Shown: positions 10,931 to 23,945 of the stretch, in pieces | Position numbering within the stretch: position 1 is the first letter of the stretch | Layout: each line of letters starts with the position of its first letter | Source of the DNA: Octopus sinensis | Lineage: Eukaryota | Assembly (NCBI RefSeq): GCF_006345805.1 | Contig: NC_043002.1 | Coordinates: 57,846,001 to 57,910,000, forward strand | Length of the DNA stretch: 64,000 bases | Direction: 5' to 3' | Translations under genes and position numbers: made by a program | The notes under the pieces: generated by a model | Database searches by the model: none | What the model was told of the DNA's origin: nothing | The model's input: only the letters and a program-made list of their open reading frames with translations

Positions 10931-12519
10931 AGGAAAAATTACATCGAAATAATCATCACAGAAGTTATACGTCCAAAATAATATTGTAATAATAGATAGA
11001 TATATAAATATATAAAGTATGATTATTTAAAAGGTTTAAAATATCTTACGATCGTTTCATGAATGCGTTACCTTTCGAAATGGAATCTAAAACTGATAAT
11101 CATTATTAAGTAATACATCCACCCGTCAGAGATAAAATGCAAATTTCTTGCTCTTCTATTATAATATATAATCGCTCTCATTAAATGTCTAAATACTTTT
11201 AAGGTTTTAGACATTTCCCTACCAAGAGCACTTATTCGAAATTCAGTACACTGTATTCTCATTGAATATATTTGATTATCTATAACGACATAGTTATTTA
11301 GTCAAGTCATCACTAGTTTCGAAACGAATTGAAGCAATAGCAGTGCATTTTGAATACTAAAGGAAATGAATAAAAAATCTTAAGAGCAGGTTAGCAAGAT
11401 CCAATATCAATTTTAGGAGTAAATTTCATTTGAAAATAGGCCACAAAAATGTCTAATTTTCAAAAGTAAAGTATTTATTACCTTAAAATAAAGTAATAAT
11501 CTCGATTTTAAGTCCTTTCATAATGACTTTGTGGCTTACTCCCTCTCCTCATCTCCCTCTCTTAATAGGTCATTCTCAGTCATTGTGTATGTAGTGTTTT
11601 TATTCATTGCCTTCCGCCAAGCCTAATATGTGCACTCATTCTGCACTTCTTAAATTAACTCTCTCTGAATCTCTCTTTTACTCTCTCTCCTCCGCTCTCG
11701 TTATATCATCTAAAACGTGATAAGAGAATCAACCAACATTTATATTGATTATTATTATTAAATAGTGGCATCCGTGTTCCCTTCTTCACTCATTCTATAT
11801 TCACTTCTTTAGCTCTTTTTGTTCTTATATATTCTATAAGATTATGTAAGCTATCTCTCTTTATTGGATTAGCACCATGTTAGACATACAATTCCTTTCC
11901 TTGTATTTTTTTCCTCTGTGAGTTTTGTCGTGCACGGAAGTACTCGTTGATACAATTATAAACCCTACTCGGTTTGTTAAGGTCCTTGTATATTTTAGAA
12001 ATGTTATATGCATTGTGTTACCAAGATTCTTATTTGCAGTTTTTTCCCGAATTTCTTGGGGAAAATTTCAGAAATAACAGTTCTCCTTCCATCAAGTGGT
12101 TGTTTAACGATATCTCTCCGTATATTAAATAGAAAACGCCATGCCATTTCCAACTTACCATTTGTATTATTCTTTCTCTGTAGTGCGTAGATTTAATAGA
12201 AATAAAAACCATTTTTGTTCCAAGAATAATTGAACTGTATATAAAGCTCTCGTGACTTCGTCATATTCCTTCTTTGTTCATTTTTGGATTTTTACCATTT
12301 TTATTATGAATCTCAGATATTTTCCTCGAAATGCTAAAACTCCTTCAGTATTCAACAACTCTGCGTGCTCTGTCACTTCTATGCTGCATGAAAATTTTAT
12401 TCCAAATAAGCCATACTTATCTGTGGCAAAAGCTAACAGCATTTTTAAGCATCATTGCTATTATTATTTTTTAAGGGTTGAACTCGAAGTAGATAAAGCC
12501 ATTATTGTTGTTGTTGCTA

Positions 12520-12590
<71 letters not shown>

Positions 12591-12603
12591 GTTGTTGTTG
12601 TTA

Positions 12604-12641
<38 letters not shown>

Positions 12642-13180
12642 TTATTATTATTATGCTTTTAATTTGTGTGATGATACAATCACTTGCCAATCTACACTCA
12701 GAAAAAAATTAAGAAAACAAACGTACATGGAATTAGTAGAGGCGGCGAAGAAAGGAACTGGATGTATATGTAGCCACATAGCAAACCGTTGCATTATGGT
12801 AGTAACTGAATTGAGAGAAATATGAGGAATATGAGATTTACATCTCCAGAACCACTGCTGCAGTTAGAGGTAGCAACGACAAGAGTGATACTAACAGTGG
12901 CGGCAATAACGATGTGTTAACAAACAGCTGCAAAAATTGTATCCACAGCAACAACATAAATTGTACGCCCCCACCACCAAATCGAACACGGCCACCGCCA
13001 AATATAACAGCAATGTCAACATCACCATCACTACATTAATAGCTGACAAGTAACACGAACGACAAGAGCGTAAGTAAAGAGAGAACAGCAACGATAATCA
13101 GGAATCTATCTTCTTCCTAAGTGGAATTCTCGTAAACTTATGGAGTTCCTTGAAACAATGAGGGCTTAAAGAAAATTAAC

Positions 13181-13570
13181 ATAGGCGCAGGAGTGGCTGT
13201 GTGGTAAGGTAAGTAGCTTGCTTACCAACCACATGGTTCTGGGTTCAACCCCACTGCGTGGCACATTGGGCAAGTGTCTTCTACTATAGCCTCGGGCCGA
13301 CCAAAGCCTTGTGAGTGAATTTGGTAGGCGGAAACTGAAAGGAGCCCCTCGTATATATGTATATGCATATATATGTGTGTGTCTCCCCCCCCACATCGCT
13401 TGACAACCGATGTTGGTGTGTTTACGACCCCGTAACTTAGCGGTTCAGCAAAACAGACCGATAGAATAAGTACTCGGCTTACGAAGAATAAGTCCTGGGG
13501 TCGATTTGGTCGTTTAAAGGCGGTGCTCCAGCATGGCCACAGTCAAATGACTGAAACAAGTAAAAGAGTA
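13181..13570 (+). mobile_element. SINE B, near full length
   Basis: gagtggctgtgtggtaag..gggttcaaccc head; ttgggcaagtgtcttctac; microsatellite linker; tail gctccagcatggccacagtcaaatgactgaaacaagtaaaagag. Confidence 0.9.
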
Positions 13571-14726
13571 AATATATTGCGCTGCTTAGTGTTCTTGGTC
13601 TTTTCTTTTTTCGCTAAATTAAAGCATTTTAATGACCATAACATCGATGTTCTTAGCTGTCACTCGTAGTCAGGTTCATCTATCCTCGTTATCACAGTGC
13701 TCCGCATCCGGTATGCTACGCCACACTGGTGTGTCATGCGATCAGGCTAGGTGAGCCGCAGTGTGACCGAAATATAATTTTTTCCCTATACCTTTAGTTG
13801 TATTTGTGCTTCAGGTGTGCCGCCAAATTTTGAAAGAATATAAGCGTGCCGCAAGTGAACAAAGGTTGCGGAGTATTACTTTATCACATGGGTTTGGGTT
13901 TAAAAAGAAAGAGGGTAAAAAAAAGAAAAGGAAAAATAAAACGCATGGTAGATTCATTGACAGCAAGCTTGTGGCATACACCAACGAAGCTTCCACCGTC
14001 ACATATTTTTATGTCCTGGTGTAGAATAAATAATTTAAAGAATCAGGGGTGAAAGAAAGTATTTACACGTCGCAATATGATCACTATTACTCAACGCTCT
14101 CAATCAACGGCTCACAGTGAACTGCTTACCAATCCGAACTGGCAATCGCTCATAGTTCTTTATTTTAAAGCAATGAGTCAGTCTGCCTTTAGTCACTCGG
14201 GGTAATCGGAATCCTTCCACAGCACGTTTTCTTGATCTTCTTTATCTTTTTTTCCCCGAAGAGAATACAATCGTCTGTTTCGTTTGTTAGAATCAGGCGC
14301 CTTCGTATTGTTTTCTTCACCTTAGTCCCGTATTAATGAATACGAATACTTGAAGCCGTACAAAAACATGCAACTTTCACAGCACTGTGATGTAAACACA
14401 AGCTGCAGTCAATTCATTCTGGATAACTGAGCATTGCGAATGGTGGTTAGGGTACATCTTTCTGGTAGAAGCAAAACTCTTCGACTGTTATCACAGATGA
14501 ATCCGTGATATGCGTAAACATTGTTCACAGTTAAGCGTGTCATGTTATCCCAAATCAGTGATGAATGAATCAGTGATAAACGATGCTTTCACCAGTTGTT
14601 TTAAGTGCCTGTGTAGTCACGTGCATATATAGACACCACCGTCTCGTCACTTCCAGCCTTAACCCAGAGTAACATCGAGGGCCTGACAAGTAGCTGTACC
14701 AGCAGTCAGTTGGTATTGATTTTCAC

Positions 14727-15713
14727 CTGAGTAAACGGGAAGAAGGTGAAAGGAAATATCTTGCCTAAGACCATGCATCTTCATTGACCATAACATACAG
14801 GTATATTTACTAGAAAACAAGATGAGTCGGGAAACCAGATGCTGACACAGGCGGAAAATGCCTAAAACGCTCCTGTATCAGGAGGATGCATAATCCAATG
14901 CGTTTACATATTTTCTGTATGTTCAACGATTCTCCGAGCTCGACACTGCTTTTCTTCCGTTCAGAGTCGTTGAAATAAGTACCAGCAGAACAGAATTTGC
15001 TGGCCTTGGTATATAATTTGTAAACATTATTATTGTTATTACTATTTACGCTAGTGTCGTTTTGTTTTAAAAGAGCTGTTCCTAGTCTCACCCAGAGACG
15101 TCGGGTAACAGCATGTTGGACATTTTACTATGGGTGTTATTTATGATTAGTAATGACACGTATATCGTAAGGGTAACAGACAATATGATGAGAGCTACGA
15201 TTCTATTGAATTTGTAATATTTCAGGTTTGAAAAAGAGAATCGGGTATTTTCAAGTTAATAATGGTTAAATTATGATGTGTGCAGTACCTTTGAAAACAA
15301 TATTTTGTAGTTCTGATAATTTTGTTTTTATTGGTATTGGCCATTGAGCTGAAGAGCGCCATTTTGCATTGTCTCTAAAGCTCCGATGATCACAAGTATA
15401 GCTGTTGTTCTTAAATATACCAGATTTTTGAGATCTGTAGTTCAAAGTCTTTTGGCACTCGGCTGGTCACGACGACGAGGCTTCCAGTTGATGCAATGTC
15501 GGCCTCGGTGGATCATAAGAATATAGAAAATATGTAAACGCATGGATTATGCATCCTCCTGATACAGGAACGTTTTAGGCATTTTCCGTCTGTGCCAGCG
15601 TCTGGTTTCCATACTCATCTTGTTTTCTAGTAAATATAACTGCATGTTATGGTCAATGAAGATTCATGGTCTTAGGCAAGATTCTTCATTTCACTTTGTT
15701 CCAGTTTACTCAG
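14727..15713. repeat. Inverted repeat, arms 14727-14916 and 15525-15713
   Basis: About 158-bp core with 10 differences by manual alignment, plus about 30 bp of weaker CORE-like extension. Confidence 0.9.
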
Positions 15714-15950
15714 CCGGCTCGTAGAATTAACATGCAAGTGGCTGAGCATTTCTCAGACACGTGTAACCTTAACGTAGTTCTTGGGGATATTCAGTGTGAC
15801 ACAGAATATGAGAAGGCTGGACGTTTCAAATATACGTACTGCTCAATTTTGACAGCTGAGTAGTCTGAAGAAACATGAAATAAGTGCTCGAAGACACAAC
15901 GCGTCGGTAACTGTCGAACTAACGACCTTACGATTGTGAGCAAAATAGAC
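15445..15950 (-). mobile_element. SINE C-type copy interrupted by the inverted-repeat arm
   Basis: ggtcacgacgacgaggcttccagttgat and aattaacatgcaagtggctgag..gtgacacagaat match 26640-26940. Confidence 0.7.
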
Positions 15951-16435
15951 ATGCGCCTTCACAACTGATTCTATAAACATTTATTCGAATCTCACTAAGA
16001 GACATATCACTTATTGATTCCGTTACTTTCGGAACGGTAACAATGACAGGCCGCCATTTTTTCAGTAACCCATAAATCTAAGCCGCCATCTTGGTTATGT
16101 CAAAAGTTGCTTTATTCATGTCATGTTAATCTCATTTTTAATCTCTATATCGTCATTTTTATGGGAACAGTATTGTTGTTATTCTTTTGTTGTTGCATTG
16201 TTTTATTTTGCTACTAACATTGTTTATGTGGTCGTTGTTACGATTTTTGTTATTGTTTGTGTTGGTGTGCTTTTAGATATCTTTGCTGTTATCGTTACTG
16301 TTGCTATCGCCATTGTTGCTCTTTCCATTACTTTATCTGTTGTTCTGGCAATTATTGTTATCATTGTCTCGTTGCTATCGTTGTGGTCATCATTACTGTT
16401 ATTGTTCTTCTAAATATTCTACTATATCTTAGTCG

Positions 16436-16860
16436 GTAAGCTGGCAGAATCATTAATGCATCGAACAAAATGCTCAGCAGCATTTTATCCGTCTTTTCGT
16501 TCTCAATTCAAATTCCGCCGAGGCCGACTTTGCCTTTCATCAAGGGTCGATAAAATAAGTATCAGTTGAGCACTCGAATCGATGTAATCGAATTTCTCCT
16601 TCCCCCGAAATTGCTGGCCTTCTGCCAAAATTTGAAACCAATATTTTTCTATCTCTAAGTCGGTGAACCGCCAGAATCGTTAACACGTCGGACAAAATGC
16701 TTAGCGACACCCCTTCCGGCTCTTTGCATTCTGAGTTCAGATACAACCGAAGTTGGCTATGCCTTTTATCATTTTGCAGTTGATAGAATTAATACCATTT
16801 AAGTACTGGGGTCAAAGTAATCGATCTACCTCTCGCACTAAAATTGGAAGCTTCGTGATA
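16436..16860 (+). mobile_element. Two tandem SINE A copies
   Basis: Head and core motifs present twice. Confidence 0.82.
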
Positions 16861-17139
16861 ATAGCATAAAAGAATATTCTTGTATCTGATTTTATTGTTG
16901 AAATTTTAGTGCCAGATTCTTTTGATCCAGTTCAAGCCGTGATCAAAAACGCCTATGATCGAATACACTCAAGCTATGACACCCCTAGCTGTCTTTCAGT
17001 TTTCTCTCACAAATTCTGTATCATGAGCCCCATTATTCATTGTGTTCTTCCACCACATGACCACTCAATCGTAATCGGTGCTGCAGAGCCACAGACTTTA
17101 TACTGGTCGAATGATTGCATTCAAGAACTTCAACGTCAT

Positions 17140-17378
17140 TAACATTTAGCAACGGATACCCATAACAGGGCAGAGCGGCTGTTGGAGAAATTGTTCCAGC
17201 TTTTTATGTGTGTTCGGTAACTCAGGTCTCACATGTCTTTAGTAAAGAAGACAAAACATAATATCTAAGACATTCATATTTGTCTCAACAGAAATTCTAT
17301 GTTCAGACCATAGACATCTATCCAATCTTCTGAATGCATCACTGGTTGTCTTGATTCAGAGAAGGATTTCATCATCAA
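17140..17378 (-). mobile_element. RTE-clade LINE RT C-terminal relic
   Basis: Minus frames IDDEILL*IKTTSDAFRRLDRCLWSEHRISVET..VLSSLL..CET*..HIKKLEQFLQQ resemble RTE IDDEI..ASxAFGRL..VW..LLYGCETW..LERFHQ. Confidence 0.7.
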
Positions 17379-17924
17379 TACCTACCATCCCACCTAGTTA
17401 CCTACCTACCTACCTACATACATACATACATACATACATACATACATACATACATACATACAAACATACCTACCTATCTACCTAACACCCTCTCTCCTCC
17501 CTCCCTACATAGCTACCTCTATACCTACCTCCCTACCTCTCTACTTACCTCCCTACCTCCCTACCCACCTACCTACCTACCTACCTACCTACCTACATAC
17601 ATACATACATACATACATACCTACTTACATTCCAACCGACCTACCTACCTAACTACCTACCTACCTGCCTACCTAGTTACCTCCCTCTTTCCCTCCCTCC
17701 CTACGTACACACCTACATACCTATATTTCGACCTATCTACCTCCCTACTACCATCCTTACCTACCTACCGACCGACCTACGTACCTAACTACATACCTAC
17801 ATACCTCCCTCCCTACTTCCCTCCCTACTTCCCTCCCTCCTTCCCTCCCTACAACCCTACCTACCTCCCAATCTACCTACCGACCTGCCTTCCTACCTAC
17901 ATTCCTACATACACACATACATTC

Positions 17925-18275
17925 AGGACTGAATGTGTGGTAAGTAGCTTACTTACCATCCACATGGTTCTGGCACCTTGGGCAAGTGTCTTCTACTGTA
18001 GCCTCGGGCCAACCAAAGCCTTGAGAGTGGATTTGGTAGATGGAAACTGAAAGAAACCTGTCTTTATATCAGTGTTTGCTTCCCCAACATCGCTTGACAA
18101 CCGATGTTGGTGTGTTTACGTTCCCGTAATCTAGCGGTTCAGCAAAATAGACAGATAGAATAAATACTAGACTTACAAAGAATAAGTCCCGAGGTCGATT
18201 TGCTTGACTAAAGGCTGTGCTCCAGCATGGCCGCAGTCAAATGACTGGAACAAGTAAAAGAATAAAAGAAAAGAG
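17925..18275 (+). mobile_element. SINE B
   Basis: Head, body and gtaaaaga tail. Confidence 0.87.
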
Positions 18276-18626
18276 AACATATATACATATCTATAAACGC
18301 ACACACCAGCACATCCGCACATACACATGTAGATCATAACTTTGTTCTAATTAGTTTCCCTCTAATTATTCTCTATAATTTTCTCTCGCCTCTCTTAATT
18401 CCCTGAGCTCAAAGCATCACCTCCTTCGCTTCTGCTGTTCATACATTCCTTCCATGTAACAGTGTCCCACACCCATACAACTACACATTCTTCTACCACA
18501 CCCTCCACATTCTTCTTGCCTTCCATTTTCCCTCACACTCGCGCCCGTTGATACCTTTCACATTCATACTTGCCTCACACATTCACCATACGATCACATA
18601 CACACACACACACACACACACACATA

Positions 18627-18665
<39 letters not shown>

Positions 18666-18721
18666 ACCACACACACTAATGCTTTACACCGCCACATAAT
18701 AGTAATATACTTGTACACTTT

Positions 18722-19120
18722 AAAGCGGTGAGCTGGCAGAAACGTTAGCAGGCCGGGCGAAATGCGGAGCCGTATTTCGTCTGTCGTTATGTTTTGAATT
18801 CAAATTCTGCCGAGGTCGACTTTGCCTTTCATCCTTTCGGGGTCGATAAATTAAGTACCAGTCACGCACTGGGGTCGATGTAATCGACTTAAGCCGTTTG
18901 TCTGTCCCTGTTCATCCCCTCTGTGTTTAGCCCCTTGTGGGTTGTAAAGAAATAGGTATTCCCTCCGTCTTTATGTTCTGAGTTCACATTCCGCAGAGGT
19001 CGACTACGCCTTCCATCCTTTCGGGATCGATAAAATAAGTACCAGTAGAACTGGGGTTGGTGTAATTGATTTAGGCCCTCCCTCGAAAATGTTGGTCTTG
19101 TACCAAAATATGAAGCCAAT
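18722..19120 (+). mobile_element. SINE A dimer (second unit restarts internally after aaataggtatt)
   Basis: Full copy to about 18958 fused to a second body. Confidence 0.88.
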
Positions 19121-19518
19121 ATATTTCTGTTCTTGCAAGCTCTTGCACACATATACACAACGCAAAAACCATCCACAACCCATCATAAATGCCCATTATT
19201 AAACATGAATATACCATTATATTAGGACACAACCATCCCCTTCCTCCCTTCTGAACTCCCCACATAGCACCGCATTCCTACCCGGCTCCGAAGCTCTGGC
19301 TTGTCTTATATTCTCAATCAGTTTTCCTCTTCCTCACTTCAACTTGGTTTATCGCCTGATGAAATACAAATATCGGAAACGTTAAGATACTTTGCTTTTC
19401 AATTAAGCTTTAGGCTAATAAAATATTCGTTAAAACTTGCCTCTCCTCCGCTCTCATTTCCTATTAGATTGCGTTGATTGCATTGTCAATGTAATATAAC
19501 ATGGCGAAATATAGTGTA

Positions 19519-19721
19519 CAGTAACCCTCGCCATATCGCAGTTCACCTAACGCGCACTCAGTACATCGCGGTTTTTTCTCGCTAATATATGTAAATTTAT
19601 ATCACTGAATCTTCAGTATATCGCGGGTTTCTGCGGCCTATGTATTTATATTTTTTTTAGATTTTAATAATTTCTGTGCCAGGTTTGGAACGTAACACCC
19701 ATGATAGTCGAGGGATTACTG
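19519..19721. mobile_element. Tc1/mariner-pogo-type MITE
   Basis: TIRs cagtaaccctcg..atcgc / gatagtcgagggattactg, TA on both sides; same family at 58390-58686. Confidence 0.85.
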
Positions 19722-19756
19722 TAATATAATATAATGTTATATAACATAGGATAACA

Positions 19757-19970
19757 AGGCGGTGGGCTGGCAGAATCGTTAGCACTCCGGACAAAATGAT
19801 TAGCGGCTTTTCGTCCTTCTTTCCAGTTTGAGTCTAAATTCCGCCGAAATGAGCTTTGCCCTTCATCCTTTTGGAGTCGATAAAATAAGTACTAGTTCTA
19901 CAATGGCATCGATGTAATCGACTTACCCTCTCTACCGAACAAGCTGATTTTCGACCAAAATTTGAAACCA
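19757..19970 (+). mobile_element. SINE A
   Basis: aaggcggtgggctggcagaatcgttagc head plus core. Confidence 0.85.
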
Positions 19971-20009
19971 ATATAATCTCTGCCTATCTCTCTGTCTGTC
20001 TATGTATGT

Positions 20010-20050
<41 letters not shown>

Positions 20051-20114
20051 CATACATACATACATACATACATACATACATGCATACATATATATGTATG
20101 TATATATATGTGTG

Positions 20115-20455
20115 TGTGTGAGTGGATTTGGTAGACGGAAACTGAAAGAAGCCCGTCGTATATATGTGTATGTATGTATGTATGTATGTATGTATGTATG
20201 TATTATGTATGTATGTATGTATGTGTATGTACGTTTGTGTATATGCTTGTGTGTCTGTGTTTGTCCCCCCAACATCGCTTGAAAACCGATGCTGATGTGT
20301 TTACGTTCCTGTTACTTAGCGGTTTGGCAAAACAGACCGATAGAATAAGTACTAGGCTTACAAAGAATAAGTCCTGTGGTAGATTCGCTCGACTAAAGGC
20401 GGTGCTCCAGCATGGCTGCAGTCAAATGACTGAAACAAGCAAAAGAGTAAAAGAG
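20115..20455 (+). mobile_element. 5'-truncated SINE B
   Basis: gtgagtggatttggtagacggaaactgaaagaagcccgtcg, (TATG)n linker, 3' half and tail. Confidence 0.87.
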
Positions 20456-20919
20456 TATATATACATATATATTGAAAGAAAAGAGAGTAGACGATGAATG
20501 CTGGGGGGGGGGTGAGCACTGCGTGTGGGTGGTGGGTGTGAGTGTGTGTATACACGTGCTTATACCTGCGAAATATGTACGAAAAGGTAGAGAGAAATAC
20601 AGGAAGTGTCATTGCGTGTGTTTCTGCGAGCGTGTTTGTATGTGTGTGTATTTGTGTGTGCATCTGTGTGTGTAGAGTCTGATATGTGTACAACTAGGTT
20701 GATAATTTATCACATAACAGAGGCCATCAAGAATATTCAATCGTATAGATTTTGCATTAGAATGGTGAAACCGTATGATTTGTTGTAGATATAACCTTTC
20801 TAACTCTCTCTCTATCTATCTATCAATCTATCTATCAATCTATCTACACACACACACACACACACACTCACACGCACACACACACACACAGACACACACA
20901 CCACACACACACACACACA

Positions 20920-20953
<34 letters not shown>

Positions 20954-21722
20954 CTTTCTTTGTATGCTTGTGAGAGTGTGTATATGTATATATAGATCTA
21001 TTTTACATATTGACATATATATATATTTACGTATATATATATACGTATAATATATGTGTGTGCACACAAGCACGCACACATACACACACTCACACACACA
21101 CACATATAGGTAGATAAATTCAAATGTATAGAATATATAAATATGTGATAACTATCCACGCCTGAATATCACATGGTACATTTCAATTCATGTAAGCGAT
21201 TTAGTTACATATATGTGAGGGGTATATCCGTATGATGAGTATGCGAATGTGTAAGTGTTTTGGGGGGTGTGTGTGTGTGTGGTGTGTGTGTGTGTGTGTG
21301 TGTGTTATGTCTACATGTATATATGTGTGTATGTTTTTTGTGTGTTTCGGAGAGTATATTTGTCGCTGAATACGTGAATAGGAGACACTGATTGTGAATA
21401 GATAGCGAAATGGGAAGGTAGATAAAGTGATATGTAGATGCATAGATTAAGAAATAGGCACGTAATTTAGGAAGAGAATTATAGAAAAAGGTATATATAT
21501 ATACACACTCACATATATATAAACACATATATATATGCATTTATATATATATATATATATCCATATATATGCACATATGTATGTGTGTATGTGTGTGCGT
21601 GTGAAAAATTAATCTAGGCAACACTTTCCAATGTTTTACCCAAAAGGAAAATCACAATTGTCACTAAATGTGACTAGCGTGTCAGAAACACCTACGTTGC
21701 TAGAAATAAGAGCTATATATAT

Positions 21723-21831
<109 letters not shown>

Positions 21832-22106
21832 ATGTATTGTACGTATATATATATATATATACACATACATACATACATACATACTTACATACATAAATAA
21901 TACATACATCATACATACATACATATATATATATAATATATATATATATATCATAACAAAAGATAGGAAATGTGTGAATTCACTACAGCTGTTTCCAACC
22001 AATCTTTAATTGATTAATGGAGACATTTACATCATGGTGCCTTACTATTTAAATGCCTGCTTCACTTGAATTCTGATCTTTTATATATATATGTATATAT
22101 ATATAT

Positions 22107-22228
22107 AGTCAAAAAGTGTTGGCTATTCTTTCTACTTAAAAGGGAGATCCCAGTAAAACCTTTTAAAGTGCTTTGGTTTTACTGGGATCTCCCTTTTAAG
22201 TAGAAAGAATAGCCAAAACTTTTTGACT
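22107..22228. repeat. Near-perfect palindrome, 54-bp arms, 14-nt loop
   Basis: 22107-22160 vs 22175-22228, one mismatch; right arm continues into about 160 bp of repeat-like sequence. Confidence 0.95.
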
Positions 22229-22384
22229 GCTATTTCAAAATTCGGTGTGTGGTGAGGCAAATCGTTGCTAAACCCTTAATTACTTAGTATTACTTAAACC
22301 TTCCTTGAATGGGTCTTTTACATGCCGAACTCTACTTGGTGAAATTGATGATTATTTCAAAATTAATTAATTTCACCCTTTATT

Positions 22385-22540
<156 letters not shown>

Positions 22541-22543
22541 CAT

Positions 22544-23744
22544 ACTAGCATTAAAGACACGTCGTTGCCGAGTCATAGTGCTAGTGCATGTATATATGTG
22601 TATATATATATATATATGTACATATTACATGTACATCTATATATATATACATCTACACATAAAATACAAAATACAAAGTTATATCTTGATATCGCTAGTG
22701 ATAACAATACTCAAAGTATATAACAGACTGGAATTATTAGCCCTCTTGTAATTTAGCTCTCTTGTAATTTCGTTCAATTGTATCTTGTCCTCTCTCTTGT
22801 ATAGAAGTGTGGCTACAATCCAGCCCACCTCTACTTCTCGGAAGGGGGGGGGGGCATTTAAAATTTTTTTCCGGGACATCCTATGTCCCAGATATAAAGG
22901 TAAAAATAAAATATTTCTACTTTGCAAGTTCGAGTCGAGTACTCCCTTGCACTATCCGTTGACTCGAAACTTGCTTCTATTGTGGCGAATTTACCGCCTC
23001 TGATTAGATACCTTTCATAGTTGCACCAAGACACTTTTCGAAGGTGCTTTCCTCCATGTGTTCAAATCTTCTTTTTTCTCTACATTGTATACTTTATAGA
23101 CAATAGTCTTTTTTTAAATTTAATTTTTTATTATCCATCTGGACTATTCCATTTCTGCACGCTAATTTTATTTTTAATTTATTCCCATTCATGTGAAACC
23201 ACTTATTCAAGTTCAAGTCATTGATGCAATTGCTATTTTTACTTTTGTTATGTTACGATTATATTATACTTTAGTTTGATTTTAATTATTACTTACTACA
23301 TATAATTCAATTGTTATTATTATTTTTATTGTTAAAGTGAAATTATCTGACATAAAATAGAGAAACGTTTTTGTTTCACTTTTAACACGTAATACTGAAA
23401 TAGTGGAGAAGATATGATATTGCTATGGGCTCGCTCTAGGCAAGAAGTTGAACTTTTTTTGCCCATGAAACTACATGGACCCTAAGTAAGGCATGTGTAA
23501 AATTTGAATGGAATTGGTTGTGTAGTTCTCAAGTTTTAGGGAATCGTATTGGAGAAGATATGATATTGCTGTGGGCTCGCCCTAGGCAAAAAGTTCAAAA
23601 TTTTTTTTGCCGATGACACTCCCCGGACCCTAAGTAAGGCATGTGTAATATTTGAATGAAATTGCTTGAGCAGTTCTCAAGTTTTAGGGAAACACACAGA
23701 CAGACAGACAGACACACACACATTCTCAGTTTTATATATATAAA
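22544..23744 (+). mobile_element. Non-autonomous Helitron-like element with internal about 147-bp tandem dimer
   Basis: Start actagca..cgtcgttgccgagtc; internal hairpin gcaagttcgagtc..gactcgaaacttgc; dimer at about 23403-23545 and 23550-23690; end (CAGA)n..attctcagttttatatatata resembles Lep1/HINE-type elements. Confidence 0.6.
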
Positions 23745-23945
23745 GAAGACATATCCATATAATTAATTTTGTGTGTGTGCGTGTGCGTGTGTGTGTACGT
23801 ATATCTAGTCTATATCTATTCCCATATGTATATATGTATATGTATATGAGTATAAGAGGGAATATATGTATCTGTATTTGTGTGTGACTGGCCTGTGTGT
23901 GTGTGCATGTGTGTGTATGTGTATTCATATATATACAACAATATA

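Noticed and set aside
12296-12420. Minus-strand exon candidate DKYGLFGIKFSCSIEVTEHAELLNTEGVLAFRGKYLRFIIKM, plus strong donors near 12155 and 11068
   Set aside because: No recognisable homology, and phases could not be chained consistently with neighbouring candidates; within chance expectation.
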